From NCBI GenBank assembly GCA_965237955.1, contig OZ250169.1, positions 3,296,001-3,360,000 of the forward strand: a DNA stretch of 64,000 bases, written 5' to 3'. This document shows, one piece after another, positions 38,463-50,086 of the stretch. The position numbers were made by a program, and so were the translations under genes. The stretch's first letter is position 1. The number at the start of each line of letters is the position of its first letter. The notes beneath the pieces were generated by a model that did no database searches, was not told where the DNA came from, and saw only the letters and a program-made list of their open reading frames with translations. This DNA comes from Candidatus Marinacidobacterales bacterium. Its GTDB lineage: Bacteria; Acidobacteriota; Vicinamibacteria; Marinacidobacterales; SMYC01.

Positions 38463-41167
38463 TTCAGTAGGCTTCGTAGCACGGTGTGGAGGATGCCGCC
38501 GTTTTTGTAGTACAGGATGTCGACGTTCGAGTCGAGGCGGGCAATCGCGGTGAACTCGAACGTAGTACCGTCCGGGCGCGTTGCGGTTATTGATATCTGC
38601 TGACGGGGCTCGAGCTCACCGGTCAAACCATCGATGTCGAAGCTCTCGTGGCCGGTGATGCCCAGCGTGGATGCTCCTTCGCCCTCTTGGAACTGAAGCG
38701 GCAGCACACCCATCCCGACGAGATTGCTTCTGTGGATGCGCTCGTAGCTTTCGGCAATCACCGCTTTGACGCCCATCAAGAGCGTCCCTTTGGCCGCCCA
38801 GTCTCGAGATGAACCGGTGCCATATTCCTTGCCCGCGAGCACGACGAGTGGCGTACCTTCTTCCTGGTAACGTATGGCGGCGTCGTAGATGAACATTTGC
38901 TCGCCGCTGGGCATATGGATCGTGTACCCGCCTTCGACGCCAGGCACGAGTTGGTTCTTGATACGGATGTTCGCGAACGTGCCCCGCAACATCACCCGGT
39001 CGTTACCGCGGCGCGATCCGTAGGAGTTGAAATCCTTTTTCTCCAGCCCGCGCTCGCGCAGATAGCGTCCCGCCGGAGAGTCGTTCGGAATATCGCCCGC
39101 GGGCGAGATGTGGTCCGTGGTCACCGAATCGCCGAGGAGCGCGAGAACGCGCGCAGCCTTCACGTTCTCGAGTTTCGGAAGCTCGGGCGTGAGGTCGGCG
39201 AAAAACGGTGGTTCTTGGATGTACGTCGACGCTTCGCTCCACGGGTAGAGTTTGCCGCCGGAAACCGGAATGTCGTTCCACGCTTCGTTGCCGTCCCAGA
39301 CGTTTGCGTACATTTTGTTGAACATGTCCGGGTGGATCGCCTTGTCCATGAGCTCGTGGACTTCCTCCTGGCTCGGCCAGATGTCCTTGAGATAGACAGA
39401 CTGTCCCTCGACGTCCTTTCCTATCGGCTCGGTGGCGAGGTCGAGGTCCACCGTTCCCGCAAGCGCATACGCAACGACGAGTGGCGGCGACGCGAGGTAG
39501 TTGGCGCGCACGAGCGGGTGAATCCGGCCCTCGAAGTTACGATTCCCCGAGAGCACTGAGGCCGCAACGAGCTCTCCCTCGGAAACGGCTTTCGCGACCG
39601 CTTCGGCAAGTGGGCCGCTGTTACCGATACACGTTGTGCATCCATAACCGACCAAATGAAATCCGAGATCAGCGAGTGAGGAAAGAAGTCCCGCTTCACG
39701 CAAATACTCGGTGACGACTTTCGATCCCGGGGCCAAGGACGTCTTGACGTACGGCGGCACTTTGAGTCCACGCTCCGTGGCTTTCTTTGCGACGAGACCC
39801 GCGCCGAGCATGACCGATGGGTTCGACGTATTGGTGCACGAGGTAATGGCCGCAATCACCACCGCGCCATGGCCGACGTTCTCACGGGTTCCGTTGAACG
39901 CAACGGTAGCGGTATGCGAGAGATCGTCCGAGGAGAGCCCGAACCCTCGCTCCTCGGGCGACGTCGTTAGCGCGGAGCGGAACGCGTCTTTCATGCCCGA
40001 CAACGCAATCCGATCCTGCGGTCGCTTCGGACCGGCGAGGCTCGGCTCGACCGCACCGAGATCGAGCTCGAGTGTTTCGGTGAACTCCGGATCGGGCGTG
40101 TCCTCGGTTCGGAAGAGTCCTTGCATCTTCGTGTACGCTTCCACACGAGCGATTTCGTTTTCACTGCGCCCGGTTCGCTCGAGGTAGCGAAGCGTCTCTT
40201 CGTCCACCGGAAAAAATCCCATCGTGGCACCGTACTCGGGCGCCATGTTGGCGACGGTCGCACGGTCGGGAAGTGACATCTGCGCTAGCCCCGGCCCGTA
40301 GAACTCCACGAACTTCTCCACGACGCCTTTGTTGCGCAGGATCTCGGTCACGGTGAGAACGAGGTCGGTCGCGGTCACGCCTTCGCGCAGCTGTCCGTGG
40401 AGCTTGAACCCCACGACCTTCGGCATGATGAGGTAAGACGGCTGGCCGAGCATCCCTGCTTCGGCCTCGATCCCACCGACGCCCCAACCGAGAACGCCGA
40501 GACCGTTGATCATCGTCGTGTGGGAGTCCGTCCCCACGAGAGTGTCCGGAAGAAGAAAGGTTTCGCCGTCGACTTCGCGGTTTATCACCACTTTCGCAAG
40601 GTATTCGAGGTTGACCTGGTGCACGATCCCCGTCGCCGGCGGGACGACGCGGAACCCGTCGAAAGCTTGCTTGCCCCAGCGTAGAAACTCGTAGCGTTCG
40701 CGGTTTCTGGTGAACTCGATCTCGGCGTTTTTTGCGAGCGCGAGCGGCGTGCCGGAGACGTCCACTTGAACGGAATGATCGATGACGAGGTCGACCGGAA
40801 CCGCCGGATTGATGCGCGCGGGGTCGCCCCCGAGACGCTCCATGGTCGAGCGCATCGCCGCGAGGTCGACGACCGCCGGAACGCCGGTGAAGTCCTGGAG
40901 AATGACTCGCGCGGGTAAGAACGGTACCTCTCCGTTTCCCGGATGGCTGGCCTTCCAGCCGGCGAGGGTTGTGATGTCGTCTTCAGTAACGATGGTGCCA
41001 TCGCAATTGCGCACGACGGCCTCGAGCAGGATCTTGATGCTGAACGGCAGCTTGGAAATGTTGTCGAGGCCCGCTTTCTCCAAGGCATCGAGCGAATAAA
41101 CGTGGGCGGTCCCCTCGTTGGTCTCGAGGGTGGTTCGAGTGCCCAGAGGATTTCTGGATTCGGTCAT
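38459..41167 (-). CDS. acnA: Aconitate hydratase A
   Basis: [53 protein letters not shown]. Confidence 0.97.
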   Translation of the reverse strand: MTESRNPLGTRTTLETNEGTAHVYSLDALEKAGLDNISKLPFSIKILLEAVVRNCDGTIVTEDDITTLAGWKASHPGNGEVPFLPARVILQDFTGVPAVVDLAAMRSTMERLGGDPARINPAVPVDLVIDHSVQVDVSGTPLALAKNAEIEFTRNRERYEFLRWGKQAFDGFRVVPPATGIVHQVNLEYLAKVVINREVDGETFLLPDTLVGTDSHTTMINGLGVLGWGVGGIEAEAGMLGQPSYLIMPKVVGFKLHGQLREGVTATDLVLTVTEILRNKGVVEKFVEFYGPGLAQMSLPDRATVANMAPEYGATMGFFPVDEETLRYLERTGRSENEIARVEAYTKMQGLFRTEDTPDPEFTETLELDLGAVEPSLAGPKRPQDRIALSGMKDAFRSALTTSPEERGFGLSSDDLSHTATVAFNGTRENVGHGAVVIAAITSCTNTSNPSVMLGAGLVAKKATERGLKVPPYVKTSLAPGSKVVTEYLREAGLLSSLADLGFHLVGYGCTTCIGNSGPLAEAVAKAVSEGELVAASVLSGNRNFEGRIHPLVRANYLASPPLVVAYALAGTVDLDLATEPIGKDVEGQSVYLKDIWPSQEEVHELMDKAIHPDMFNKMYANVWDGNEAWNDIPVSGGKLYPWSEASTYIQEPPFFADLTPELPKLENVKAARVLALLGDSVTTDHISPAGDIPNDSPAGRYLRERGLEKKDFNSYGSRRGNDRVMLRGTFANIRIKNQLVPGVEGGYTIHMPSGEQMFIYDAAIRYQEEGTPLVVLAGKEYGTGSSRDWAAKGTLLMGVKAVIAESYERIHRSNLVGMGVLPLQFQEGEGASTLGITGHESFDIDGLTGELEPRQQISITATRPDGTTFEFTAIARLDSNVDILYYKNGGILHTVLRSLLN

Positions 41168-41273
41168 GGTTAGGCGCGCTCCTAAAAACTGCTATCTGAC
41201 ATCTGCCATCGAAAGACGCCTCGGGCCTTTACTTCTGCCGGCGTCTCACCAGGCGGGGCCCCTCAATCTCAAC

Positions 41274-41305
41274 CTGGCTCAACTGGCTCAACTGGCTCAA
41301 CTGGT
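41274..41305. repeat. Intergenic 9-bp tandem repeat
   Basis: (CTGGCTCAA)3 CTGGT between the divergent acnA and DUF4013 genes. Confidence 0.85.
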
Positions 41306-41391
41306 AACTTTACCAAGAATCTCCGCAGCGCGCCCAGTCCGCGTATCCTATTGGCAACAAGGAAGCTTTGTTGCTATAACCATTATAGTTC

Positions 41392-42126
41392 ATGTCCGAC
41401 ACTGCGATCACGACCGCATCCTCCGAGCCAGGCATCGACCTATCTCGCACGCTGACGTTTTTCTTCGAAGACCCCGATTGGGTGCCGAAGCTCCTCGTGG
41501 GAACGCTGTTCGCGCTTCTGACTCCTTTCGTGATCGGAACCGTCTTCGTCGCGGGCTACGCCGTCGCCGTTGCGCAGAACACCATGCGTCAGAGGAGCCC
41601 TCTATTGCCGGAGTGGGACGATCTTCCGGGCATTTTCGTCGAAGGGCTCAAAGGACTCGCGATCTCGTTGACCCACAAACTCCCCATCATCCTGCTCTCG
41701 ATGCTCATGATCCTCGCAGTCGTCGGCGGAGCGCTTATCCAACAGGAAGGCGGAGGGCGAGAAGGCGGATCGCTTCCCGAAGGACTCTTTTACTACGGGC
41801 TTCCCGCTATCTTCGGTGGATGGTTCCTCGTCTTCGTCTTGTCTCTCTCAGTCCTGTTTTACGTACCCGCCGCATTCGTTCGCTTCATACAAACCGATCG
41901 CCTGAGCGCAGCGTTCGACGTGATGGACAACGTCGCGTTCATCCGCGAACAAGGCTCGACTTATCTCACCGGTATCCTGGCGATCGTCATCGCCGGATTC
42001 ATCGGCCAGCTCGGCATCATTGTTTTCTGTATCGGCGTATTTCCGGCCATGTTCTGGTCGGCATGTGTGATGGGCTACGTCATCGGAGAGCTCGCTCGTA
42101 TCGGTGGCGGAGCCCGCTCGCGCTAG
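41392..42126 (+). CDS. DUF4013-like membrane protein
   Basis: FEDPDWVPKLLVG, GY, LPEWDD..FVEGLK, multiple TMs. Confidence 0.75.
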   Translation: MSDTAITTASSEPGIDLSRTLTFFFEDPDWVPKLLVGTLFALLTPFVIGTVFVAGYAVAVAQNTMRQRSPLLPEWDDLPGIFVEGLKGLAISLTHKLPIILLSMLMILAVVGGALIQQEGGGREGGSLPEGLFYYGLPAIFGGWFLVFVLSLSVLFYVPAAFVRFIQTDRLSAAFDVMDNVAFIREQGSTYLTGILAIVIAGFIGQLGIIVFCIGVFPAMFWSACVMGYVIGELARIGGGARSR

Positions 42127-42188
42127 CGCGAAGCAAACGTTCATGTCCAATGTGGACGTGAGCGCGCCGTCTCGAAGGGAGGCATTCG

Positions 42189-42878
42189 GTGAAACAACTC
42201 GGTTTCTACGTCGCGGTGCTCGGTATCGCTGTCGCGCCGTGTTACGGCCTCGATGAGGAAGCGGATCGCCTCGAAGCCGCGGCCACGGTCGTGCGCGAGA
42301 TTCTCGACATCCCCGATGGAATCCCTCAGGAGCTCCTCGACAAAGCGGAGTGCATCGTGGTGATGCCCTCGGTCAAGAAGTTCGCGATCGGGGTCGGCGG
42401 CAGCTACGGCAAAGGCGCCATGGTGTGCCGCAGCGGCAGCGGCTTCGACGGCCCTTGGGGTGCGCCCGCGATGTACCGCCTCGCAGGCGGCAACATCGGA
42501 TTCCAACTCGGCGGCCAAGCCACGGATTTCATCTTTCTAGTGATGAACCCCAAGGGCGTCAGATCGCTTCTCAAAAGCAAGGTAAAGCTCGGCGTTGATG
42601 CTTCCGCCGCTGCCGGGCCCAAAGGCCGCACCACGGGCGCGTCGACCGATGCGACCATGTCGGCGGAAATCCTCACGTACTCCCGAGCGCGCGGCTTGTT
42701 TGCGGGCGTGGCCATCGAAGGCTCGACGCTTCGTCCCGACACCGGCGCCAACGAGAAAATCTACCGTCGCAAGATCACCGCAAAGGAGATCGTTCTGAAA
42801 GAGAAGGTCGTACCCGTCGAAGGGCAGGAGCTCGTCGAGCTTTTGCAGCGTGCTTCGCCGGAAAATCTCTCCAACTGA
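42189..42878 (+). CDS. Lipid-binding SYLF (Ysc84) domain protein
   Basis: GGSYGKG, GFQLGGQATD, AAAGPKGR, YSRARGLFAG. Confidence 0.9.
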   Translation: MKQLGFYVAVLGIAVAPCYGLDEEADRLEAAATVVREILDIPDGIPQELLDKAECIVVMPSVKKFAIGVGGSYGKGAMVCRSGSGFDGPWGAPAMYRLAGGNIGFQLGGQATDFIFLVMNPKGVRSLLKSKVKLGVDASAAAGPKGRTTGASTDATMSAEILTYSRARGLFAGVAIEGSTLRPDTGANEKIYRRKITAKEIVLKEKVVPVEGQELVELLQRASPENLSN

Positions 42879-43241
42879 CAACTACGTCTCCCGCGCGCCC
42901 TGGCATTCGAGACAAAAAGGGGTATCCGCGTCCCACTAATAATGAAGTGGCCGGCGAGGATTCCGGCGGCGTTCGTCTCCGAGCAGCACACGATCCATAT
43001 GGATTTGAGCGCCACGATCCTGGGCGCCGCCGGGACCGCGCCGACGCGTGAGCTGGATGGTATCGATCTCTTGCCAATCCTGAAGGGCACGACTCCACCT
43101 GTCGAGCGGACGTTTTTCTGGAGAACCGACTACCCCGCTCATAAGCAACGCGCCGTGCGACGAGAACGGTGGAAGTACTTGCTCGACGACACCACCGAGA
43201 TGCTCTTCGACCTCGAGACCGATATCGGCGAGCGCGATTAA
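42879..43241 (+). pseudogene. C-terminal remnant of a sulfatase
   Basis: GIRVPLIMKWPARIP, MDLSATIL, LDGIDLLP, AVR..WK, LFDLETDIGE; no catalytic N-terminal part. Confidence 0.8.
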
Positions 43242-43384
43242 CCTCGCGTACCAGCGACCCGCAAAGCTCGAAGAGCTCCAAAAAGCTCCGGCAACTTGGG
43301 AGGCCGCGCTCACGAGATGACTCCTCGTGGGCTGGTTGTTATCATGATCTCACTGACGACAACCGAATCCCGAGCTGTCACCCC

Positions 43385-46222
43385 ATGAAAATTCTGCTCT
43401 ACTTCGTTTTCTTTCTGTCCGGTGTCGCGGGCCTCGTCTTCGAGGCGTTGTGGTTCCGGATGGCCGGGCTCACATTCGGCAACAGCGTGTGGGCTTCGAG
43501 CCTCGTCTTGTCGAGCTTCATGGGCGGGCTCGCGCTCGGAAACGCACTCACTGCTCGGCACGGCTTTCGGATTCATAAGCCCGTCCGCTTCTACGCCCGT
43601 CTCGAGATTCTGGTCGGCATTCTCGGCTGTGGCCTCGTTCTTCTGTTTCCGGTTGTCCCCCAGCTGTTCGCGCCGCTTTTCCGGCCGTTTTTGGAAACGC
43701 CGGCGATCCTCAACCCGTTTCGTCTCGGGCTCGCTTTCGTCCTGCTGCTGGTTCCAACGACCGCGATGGGCGCGACGCTCCCGATCATGGTGAAGGCGCT
43801 CAACCAGTGGAGTGCTGATTTCGGGAACGTCCTCGGCCAGCTCTACGGTTGGAACACGTTCGGCGCGATGACGGGTGCGCTCCTCGCGGAGACGGTGCTC
43901 ATCGGCGCGTTCGGGGTGGCCGGAAGCGCCGTGGTCGCGGCCCTCGTGAACTTCACCGCTGCCGGACTCGCTTTCTGGATTCATCATTTCGGTGCCCCGG
44001 CCGGTGCCCCGGCAACGCCGAAAGAAGAGGACCAGCCCCGCGCGATCGGAATGACGCCGGAGCTGAGACGCTTCGCCTTCGCCGCTTTCCTCTCGGGTGG
44101 CATCCTTCTCGCACTCGAGGTCGTTTGGTTCCGCTTGCTCCAGCTCTTCGTCGTCGCGACGAGCGCGAGCTTCGCGGTGATGCTGTTCGTGGTCTTACTT
44201 GGGATTGGCGCCGGCGGGATTGCGAGCTCGTTCTGGCTGAAGTACCGTCCCGATGCATATCGCTACTTCCCGCACCTCGCCATCGGCGCCGGACTTCTCG
44301 TGGTGTGGTCCTACATCCGCTTCGAAGGCATGCCCGAGGTTTACCCGGCGAACATCGATGAAAGCGGTATCGACACGTTCTTGCTTTCGTTTCATCTCAT
44401 GTTCCCGGTGTCCCTCATTTCCGGGATGTTGTTCACGTTTCTCGGGCGTGCGGCATTCGAAGGCTACGGTGAAGAAACACGCGCGGTGGGGAAAATAGCG
44501 TTCTTCAACACCCTCGGCGCCATGAGCGGCGCGATCATCGCGGGGTGGCTTCTCCTCCCGAGCGCCGGCCTCGAAATGTCGCTCTTTTTCCTCGCACTCG
44601 CCTACGTCGTCGTCGCAGCGCTCGCGCCAAAAACGTGGTTCTCTGGAGATTCCGGGCGGGGCAGCGCCTGGGGCTTGGGGGCGCTCGCCATGTGCTATGT
44701 GCTCTCTCTCGCGCTCTATCCGTTCGGGCTGATGCGGAACCATTTCATTCCCGCCGCGGTCAGTACCTACGCGACGCCAGACACCGAGATCGTCGAAGTC
44801 CGTGAAGGGATCAACGAGACCGTCATCTATGACCGCTGGCACGGCGAAGTGTTTGCGACGCGTCTCATCACCAACGCGATCTCGATGGCCTCGGACGACC
44901 CCAACGGCAAGCGGTACATGAAGTACTTCGTGTACTGGCCGCTGGCATTCCATCCCGAAGTCAAAAAAGCTCTTTTGATCAGCTACGGCGTCGGTCAGAC
45001 GGCGAAGGCACTGACCGACTCGGCCGAGATCGAAGACATCGACATCGTCGATCTCTCCGCCGACATTCTCGACACCCATCGCGTGATGTTCCCCGACAAG
45101 GGAACGTCCCCCCTAGACGATCCCCGCGTCGACGTCCATGTCGAAGACGGCCGGTTCTATCTGCTGACGAGCGACGAGCGCTACGACCTCATCACTGCCG
45201 AGCCGCCGCCGCTCATGATGGCCGGCGTCGTCAACCTCTACACACAGGAGTATTTTCGACTTCTCTACGAACGGCTCAACGAAGGCGGATACGTGACCTA
45301 CTGGCTACCGGTACGACTGATGGCGGTCTCCGATACCCAGGCTGTCGCCAAAGCATTCTGCAACGTCTTCGAAGACTGCTCGCTGTGGCGAGCGGGCAAG
45401 CTCGAGCTCGTTCTCGCTGGATCGCGCGGCGCGAAAGGCCAAGTGGATCCGGCACGGTTCCGTCGCCAATGGGATGACGCCACCGTGGGTCGAGAGCTCG
45501 AAGTGCTCGGTCTCGAAGTACCGGAACTGCTCCTGGCGACGTTCTTGGGAGACCGAACGTTTCTCGATGCGTTCACCGCGGACGTCGCGCCGCTCACCGA
45601 CAACTTCCCGCATCGGCTCGCTCGCGCGCCGCACGTGGAGCTCGATTTTTATTACAAGAACATGTTGCTCCACGTCGATGCGGCGAAACGCTATCGGCAA
45701 AGCGAGCTCTTGAAAGAGCGACTACCCGAATCGCTCTTCCAAGGTGGACTCGAGCATTACCAGTGGCAAGCGATGGTCGACTGGGCTCTCGACGTCTACT
45801 TCGGCGCGAGACCGATCCCCCTCGAGCCCCTCCATCGAGTCCTGACCGAGACCCGCCTCCGTACCACGCCGTTGTGGCTTCTCGGCGATTTCATGGAGCC
45901 GAGCGGCGCTGTCGAAGCCGTCGTCGAAAAAGGCGACATGGACGGAGAAGTGTGGTTTCTTCTCGGCCTGCGAGCGATGGCCGACCGCAACTTCCTCGAA
46001 GCCGACGAGCACTCCCAAAAAGCGCAGGCGTTCGAAGGCGACAGTGCGGGTCTAGACAACTACTACTACCGAATCCTCGCACTCGGCTACGGCGGGCAGT
46101 TCGAGGAGGCCGACGCTCTATCCGCCGAGCTCGCGCGCTCGATGGGCGCCGGCTGGGAAAACTCCGAGTTCGGCCGCTTCTACGTTCGAACGTTCGGCGC
46201 TCAGGCCAAGGGCTCGGACTAG
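43385..46222 (+). CDS. Fused MFS-like membrane domain / spermidine synthase-like protein
   Basis: SGVAGLVFE, MGATLP, YGWNTFGA, YGVGQT, EDGR, YDLITAEPPP, NLYTQEYF. Confidence 0.85.
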   Translation: MKILLYFVFFLSGVAGLVFEALWFRMAGLTFGNSVWASSLVLSSFMGGLALGNALTARHGFRIHKPVRFYARLEILVGILGCGLVLLFPVVPQLFAPLFRPFLETPAILNPFRLGLAFVLLLVPTTAMGATLPIMVKALNQWSADFGNVLGQLYGWNTFGAMTGALLAETVLIGAFGVAGSAVVAALVNFTAAGLAFWIHHFGAPAGAPATPKEEDQPRAIGMTPELRRFAFAAFLSGGILLALEVVWFRLLQLFVVATSASFAVMLFVVLLGIGAGGIASSFWLKYRPDAYRYFPHLAIGAGLLVVWSYIRFEGMPEVYPANIDESGIDTFLLSFHLMFPVSLISGMLFTFLGRAAFEGYGEETRAVGKIAFFNTLGAMSGAIIAGWLLLPSAGLEMSLFFLALAYVVVAALAPKTWFSGDSGRGSAWGLGALAMCYVLSLALYPFGLMRNHFIPAAVSTYATPDTEIVEVREGINETVIYDRWHGEVFATRLITNAISMASDDPNGKRYMKYFVYWPLAFHPEVKKALLISYGVGQTAKALTDSAEIEDIDIVDLSADILDTHRVMFPDKGTSPLDDPRVDVHVEDGRFYLLTSDERYDLITAEPPPLMMAGVVNLYTQEYFRLLYERLNEGGYVTYWLPVRLMAVSDTQAVAKAFCNVFEDCSLWRAGKLELVLAGSRGAKGQVDPARFRRQWDDATVGRELEVLGLEVPELLLATFLGDRTFLDAFTADVAPLTDNFPHRLARAPHVELDFYYKNMLLHVDAAKRYRQSELLKERLPESLFQGGLEHYQWQAMVDWALDVYFGARPIPLEPLHRVLTETRLRTTPLWLLGDFMEPSGAVEAVVEKGDMDGEVWFLLGLRAMADRNFLEADEHSQKAQAFEGDSAGLDNYYYRILALGYGGQFEEADALSAELARSMGAGWENSEFGRFYVRTFGAQAKGSD

Positions 46223-46228
46223 ACTTCG

Positions 46229-46504
46229 TTAGAGGCCAGCGGAGCGGAGACTCGAGACGTTCTCGATGATCTCCTTGGTAATCTCTTCTCCGGCGATCTC
46301 GATCCACTCTTCGGGAACGAGCTCCGACGCCTGGGCGACGAACCGCTTCGCTCCTCGGCTCAGGGTTTCCCGCAGCTCACGACAGGACGCGGGTGCGATG
46401 AAAATCGCGGTCGTCACGCCCACGAGCGTGTCGAAAAAAAGCCCGGCGACGAAGGCCATACCGCCGCCACCGTTGCCCGCGTTGCCGTTGTTATCCGCTG
46501 ACAT
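46229..46504 (-). CDS. YtxH-like small membrane protein, possibly degenerate
   Basis: FVAGL..VG..AIFIAPASCRELRE resembles the YtxH APxSGxE motif with substitutions. Confidence 0.6.
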   Translation of the reverse strand: MSADNNGNAGNGGGGMAFVAGLFFDTLVGVTTAIFIAPASCRELRETLSRGAKRFVAQASELVPEEWIEIAGEEITKEIIENVSSLRSAGL

Positions 46505-46553
46505 CACACCTCTGACTCTAATTTAACACAGAGCCCGCGCAGCGCGGCTCCGA

Positions 46554-46667
46554 CTAGAACCATTTCAGGTTCGTGATGAAACGGCTCACCGACAGGCCGG
46601 TGCGGCGCGGCGACGCTTCGAGTCGTTTCTCCGTCGCTTCATCTAGGTAAATCGTAATCTGCCCCAT
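46554..46667 (-). pseudogene. Truncated CopG/RHH antitoxin remnant
   Basis: MGQITIYLDEATEKRL..GLSVSRFI then stop; no toxin follows. Confidence 0.55.
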
Positions 46668-46738
46668 TTCCATTCCTAATGATACGCGCTCTCGAGTCGA
46701 GAACGCGTAATGAGATAGGACGAGAAATACGTCCGACC

Positions 46739-47653
46739 TCAGAGGCGGTGTTGCGTTTTTCGCTCTTCCAGCTCTTCGAGGCTTTTGGGCCAATCGCCTT
46801 TGAGAAGCCGCGACAGGCCGCGGTCGGCCAGGAGCTTCCCCTCGGTCTGACAGCCGGGACAATAGTTGGTCTCGTTGGAGGCGTAGCGGATGCGCTGCAC
46901 CGATCCACCGCAGTCGGGACACTCCTTCCCGTAGCGCCCGTGGACGGCCATTTTCGTTCGGAACGCGGTGACTTTCGTCGGAAACTCACCTTGTTGCTCG
47001 GCGCGCAATTGTTCGGTCCACTCTTTGAGGGTGGCTCGCGTCGCGACGTACAGTCGCTCGATCTCGTCATCTCTCAGACGCGACGTCCATTTGACGGGCG
47101 AGAGCTTCGCGCGGTGCAGGATCTCGTCGGAGTAGGCGTTGCCGATCCCGCTGAACAGATGCGGGTCGGTAAGCGAGCGTTTGAGGGTGTGGTTCTCGAG
47201 GTGAAGCGCACGGGTGAAACTCTCAAGGTCGGACTCCATCACTTCGAGGCCGCCGGGATCGAGGCGCGCGAGCTCGTCCTCACCCCGGACGAGCCGTAGT
47301 GACGCGCGCTTTTTGGTTCCGGCTTCCGTCAGCGTGAGCGACCCCGAGGCGAAGTCGAAACGAGCGAGCCCGCGCTTTTTCTGAAGCTTCTCTCGCTCGC
47401 TTCCCTCCTTCCACTGGAGCCGGCCGGCAATCATCAGGTGGATCACCATGAACAGCTCGTCTTCGAGAGCGATGACGACGCGCTTTCCCAACCGGCGCAG
47501 GTCGACGACTTTCTTGCCTTCGAGCTCCGCGGGCGCGGGTGCTACCGAGCGCAGCAGGAAAGGGCTGCCGAGGAGGATCTTCTCGAGCATGTCGCCGTGG
47601 ATCCGGCTTTCGAGCGCCTCGAGGTAGAGCTCGATGTCGGGAAGCTCCGGCAT
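46739..47653 (-). CDS. Fpg/Nei family DNA glycosylase
   Basis: MPELPD, RRLGK, HLMIAG, GIGNAYSDEIL, CPDC..YCPGCQ zinc finger. Confidence 0.92.
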   Translation of the reverse strand: MPELPDIELYLEALESRIHGDMLEKILLGSPFLLRSVAPAPAELEGKKVVDLRRLGKRVVIALEDELFMVIHLMIAGRLQWKEGSEREKLQKKRGLARFDFASGSLTLTEAGTKKRASLRLVRGEDELARLDPGGLEVMESDLESFTRALHLENHTLKRSLTDPHLFSGIGNAYSDEILHRAKLSPVKWTSRLRDDEIERLYVATRATLKEWTEQLRAEQQGEFPTKVTAFRTKMAVHGRYGKECPDCGGSVQRIRYASNETNYCPGCQTEGKLLADRGLSRLLKGDWPKSLEELEERKTQHRL

Positions 47654-47716
47654 GACCGGCGTATTGTCTCACGACCACCGAACGCGTTAGGCTTATCGGC
47701 ACGAGGAGGTTTCCGG

Positions 47717-48502
47717 ATGCCTGACAAGAATGACAAGCGGTTCGAAGGGAAAGTAGCGCTGGTGACGGGTACGTCGAGCGGCATTGGCAAGGCGACGGCG
47801 TCCCGGCTGGCAAGCGAAGGCGCCAAAGTCGCGGTGACGGCGAGGCGCGAGGACAAAATCAAGGAGCTCGTCCGTGACATCGAGAGCGCGGGCGGCACCG
47901 CGCACGCAATCGCGGCCGATCTCACCCGCGAGGCCGACCGTCGGCGTCTCGTTGACGAAACAATAGGTCAATTCGGCGGGCTCGACGTTCTCGTGAACGC
48001 AGCCGGCATCATCGCCTACGGTACCATCGAGGACACCTCTCTCGAAGACTGGCAGAAGATGTATGACATCAACGTGGTGTCGATCTTTCACGTGATGCAG
48101 CTGTCGCTTCCGCACATCATTCCTCGGAAGGGCAATATCGTGAACGTGTCGAGCGTGAACGGCATGCGCTCGTTCCCGGGCTTGCTCGCCTACAACTCGA
48201 GCAAATCCGCGCTCGATCAGCTAACGCGCTGTGCGGCGCTCGAGCTCGCGGCGAAAGGGGTTCGTGTGAACAACGTGAACCCGGGGGTGGTCGTGACCGG
48301 GCTACACCGCCAGGCCGGGCTCGACGAAGAGAAATACGCCGCGTTTCTGGAGCGAAGCAAGACAACGCATCCGATAGGGCGAGTCGGGAAGGCCGAAGAG
48401 CTCGCCGCCCTGATCACGTTCCTCGCGTCGGACGAGGCGGGGTGGATTACCGGTGACACCGTCAACATTGATGGTGGACGCCATCTTACGTGTGCGCGCT
48501 AG
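47717..48502 (+). CDS. SDR family oxidoreductase
   Basis: TGTSSGIG, NAAG, YNSSK, VNPG, IDGG; AGGAGG RBS. Confidence 0.92.
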   Translation: MPDKNDKRFEGKVALVTGTSSGIGKATASRLASEGAKVAVTARREDKIKELVRDIESAGGTAHAIAADLTREADRRRLVDETIGQFGGLDVLVNAAGIIAYGTIEDTSLEDWQKMYDINVVSIFHVMQLSLPHIIPRKGNIVNVSSVNGMRSFPGLLAYNSSKSALDQLTRCAALELAAKGVRVNNVNPGVVVTGLHRQAGLDEEKYAAFLERSKTTHPIGRVGKAEELAALITFLASDEAGWITGDTVNIDGGRHLTCAR

Positions 48503-49710
48503 CTCAACGCTTCCTCCATGCCTGCGATCGCTTTTTCGCGGCCACGGGTGAAGCGCAAGATGCCTTCGAAGACGAGCCAGAGCGCCAGAAAGAGCACGAT
48601 GCCGCCGACCGCGAGCAGCAGGTAGCTCCCCTGATTGAAGAATCGGACTACGTTGATGATCACCGCCGCGATGGTCGTGACCAGCATGAACACCATGGGG
48701 ATGGCGGTGTAGAGATAGTTCTTCTTGCGGAAATACAAATAGAGCGTCACCGTCAAAAGCGTCAGCCCGGCCATCACTTGATTCGTGGTTCCGAAGACCG
48801 CCCAGAGCACGACGCCCGCCGGGCGCCCATCCACTTGGAGGAGCGCGAAAAAGCCAATCGCTCCGACGGATAACGCGGTGGCGATGTAGCGGTTCGCGAG
48901 CACGGGCATCTTGACGGTCTCCGCTACCTCTTCGATGTTGTATCGAAGAAGCCGCGTCGCCGAGTCGAGCGTCGTGAGCGCGAACGACACCGCCACCAGC
49001 GCGACGAAGGACTTTCCGAGGTTCGGGTCGATCCCGAGTGTCGCGAGAAACGTTCCCGATCCGGAAACGAACGCGTTCAAGTTGGACGCGAGACCATCCG
49101 CACTCTCCCAGCTCGAGTAGTGGTCCCGCCAAGCGGTCGCGGTCGCGAATCCTGCGGTGCATGCGAGCACCGCGGCGAGCCCGAGAACACTCTCGCACAC
49201 CATCGCCCCGTAGCCGATGAATACGGCATCCTCTTCTTTGTCGAGCTGTTTCGCAGTCGTGCCCGATGAGACGAGCGCGTGGAAGCCCGAAACGGCACCG
49301 CATGCGATGACGATGAACACGAACGGGTAGATGGGCGGCGCCCCGGGAGGATGGGCGTCGAACGCGGGCGCGACGAACGCGGGCCTCAACATGACGAAGC
49401 CCACGAGGATCGCGGCGAGGCCGAGATACAAAAGGAGCGAGTTCAGGAAGTCCCTCGGTTGCAGCAGAAGCCACACCGGGAGCACCGACGCCAGGAATGC
49501 ATAGCCGAGAAGCAAGTAGCTCCACGTCACAACGGCCAGATCCGGAGCCGGCAAGATGCGCCCGAGATAGACGGCGATGAGCGTTAGCGTGAAACCCGCG
49601 ACGGTCAGACGTCCCAGAGGCACGCCCTTTTTGTAGAACAAAACGCCCATGATGACGGCGAGCACCATCAGTGAGAAGCTCGGAAAGACCGCCTCGGGGT
49701 AGAAGTTCGC
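48499..49710 (-). pseudogene. cstA: Carbon starvation CstA family transporter, 5'-truncated
   Basis: LPVWLLLQPRD, IACGAVSGFHAL.SSGTTAKQ, GYGAM..E, FALTTLDSATR, FGTTNQ; N-terminal helices replaced by transposase sequence. Confidence 0.85.
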
Positions 49711-49844
49711 CAGATCCGAGAGTCGCGGCCGTTTTGCAGAGCGATGGAGGACGGCGAGCTGCTGCGCAGGGCGAGATTCTCGAGAGCCAGCGAGCGGCGC
49801 GTTCTGAAAGCCGAGATGAGCGAGCGAAGAAACGACGAAATCAT
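49711..49844 (-). mobile_element. N-terminal remnant of an rve integrase-core transposase
   Basis: MISSFLRSLISAFRTRRSLALENLALR / QQLAVLHRSAKRPRL, frameshifted and fused to cstA. Confidence 0.7.
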
Positions 49845-50086
49845 GCCGGCATGCTGACGCCGCCGGGAGAGAAAGATCAAGAGGGACGCGCCCGGACGAA
49901 TAAATAGAAGGCACGAGGGCGGGGTGTCAGTGAGAAGCTCGGCGGCTCCTCAGCGAAGAACGCGCGATCCGCGTCGTTCGTTGTCCCAGCCGAGCCCGTT
50001 TCGATTTTCGAAAGGAGGTTTGAGGCTCGTTTTCTCCTCTTCATTAGTAAGGACCGAATCTGCATCGGTCGAAAGAAGGAGACGAT

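Noticed and set aside
613-49700. Abundant CTCGAG/GAGCTC palindromes as a HIP1-like repeat system
   Set aside because: They mostly fall in Leu-Glu and Glu-Leu codon pairs with CTC/GAG preference; a codon-controlled enrichment test is needed and could not be run.
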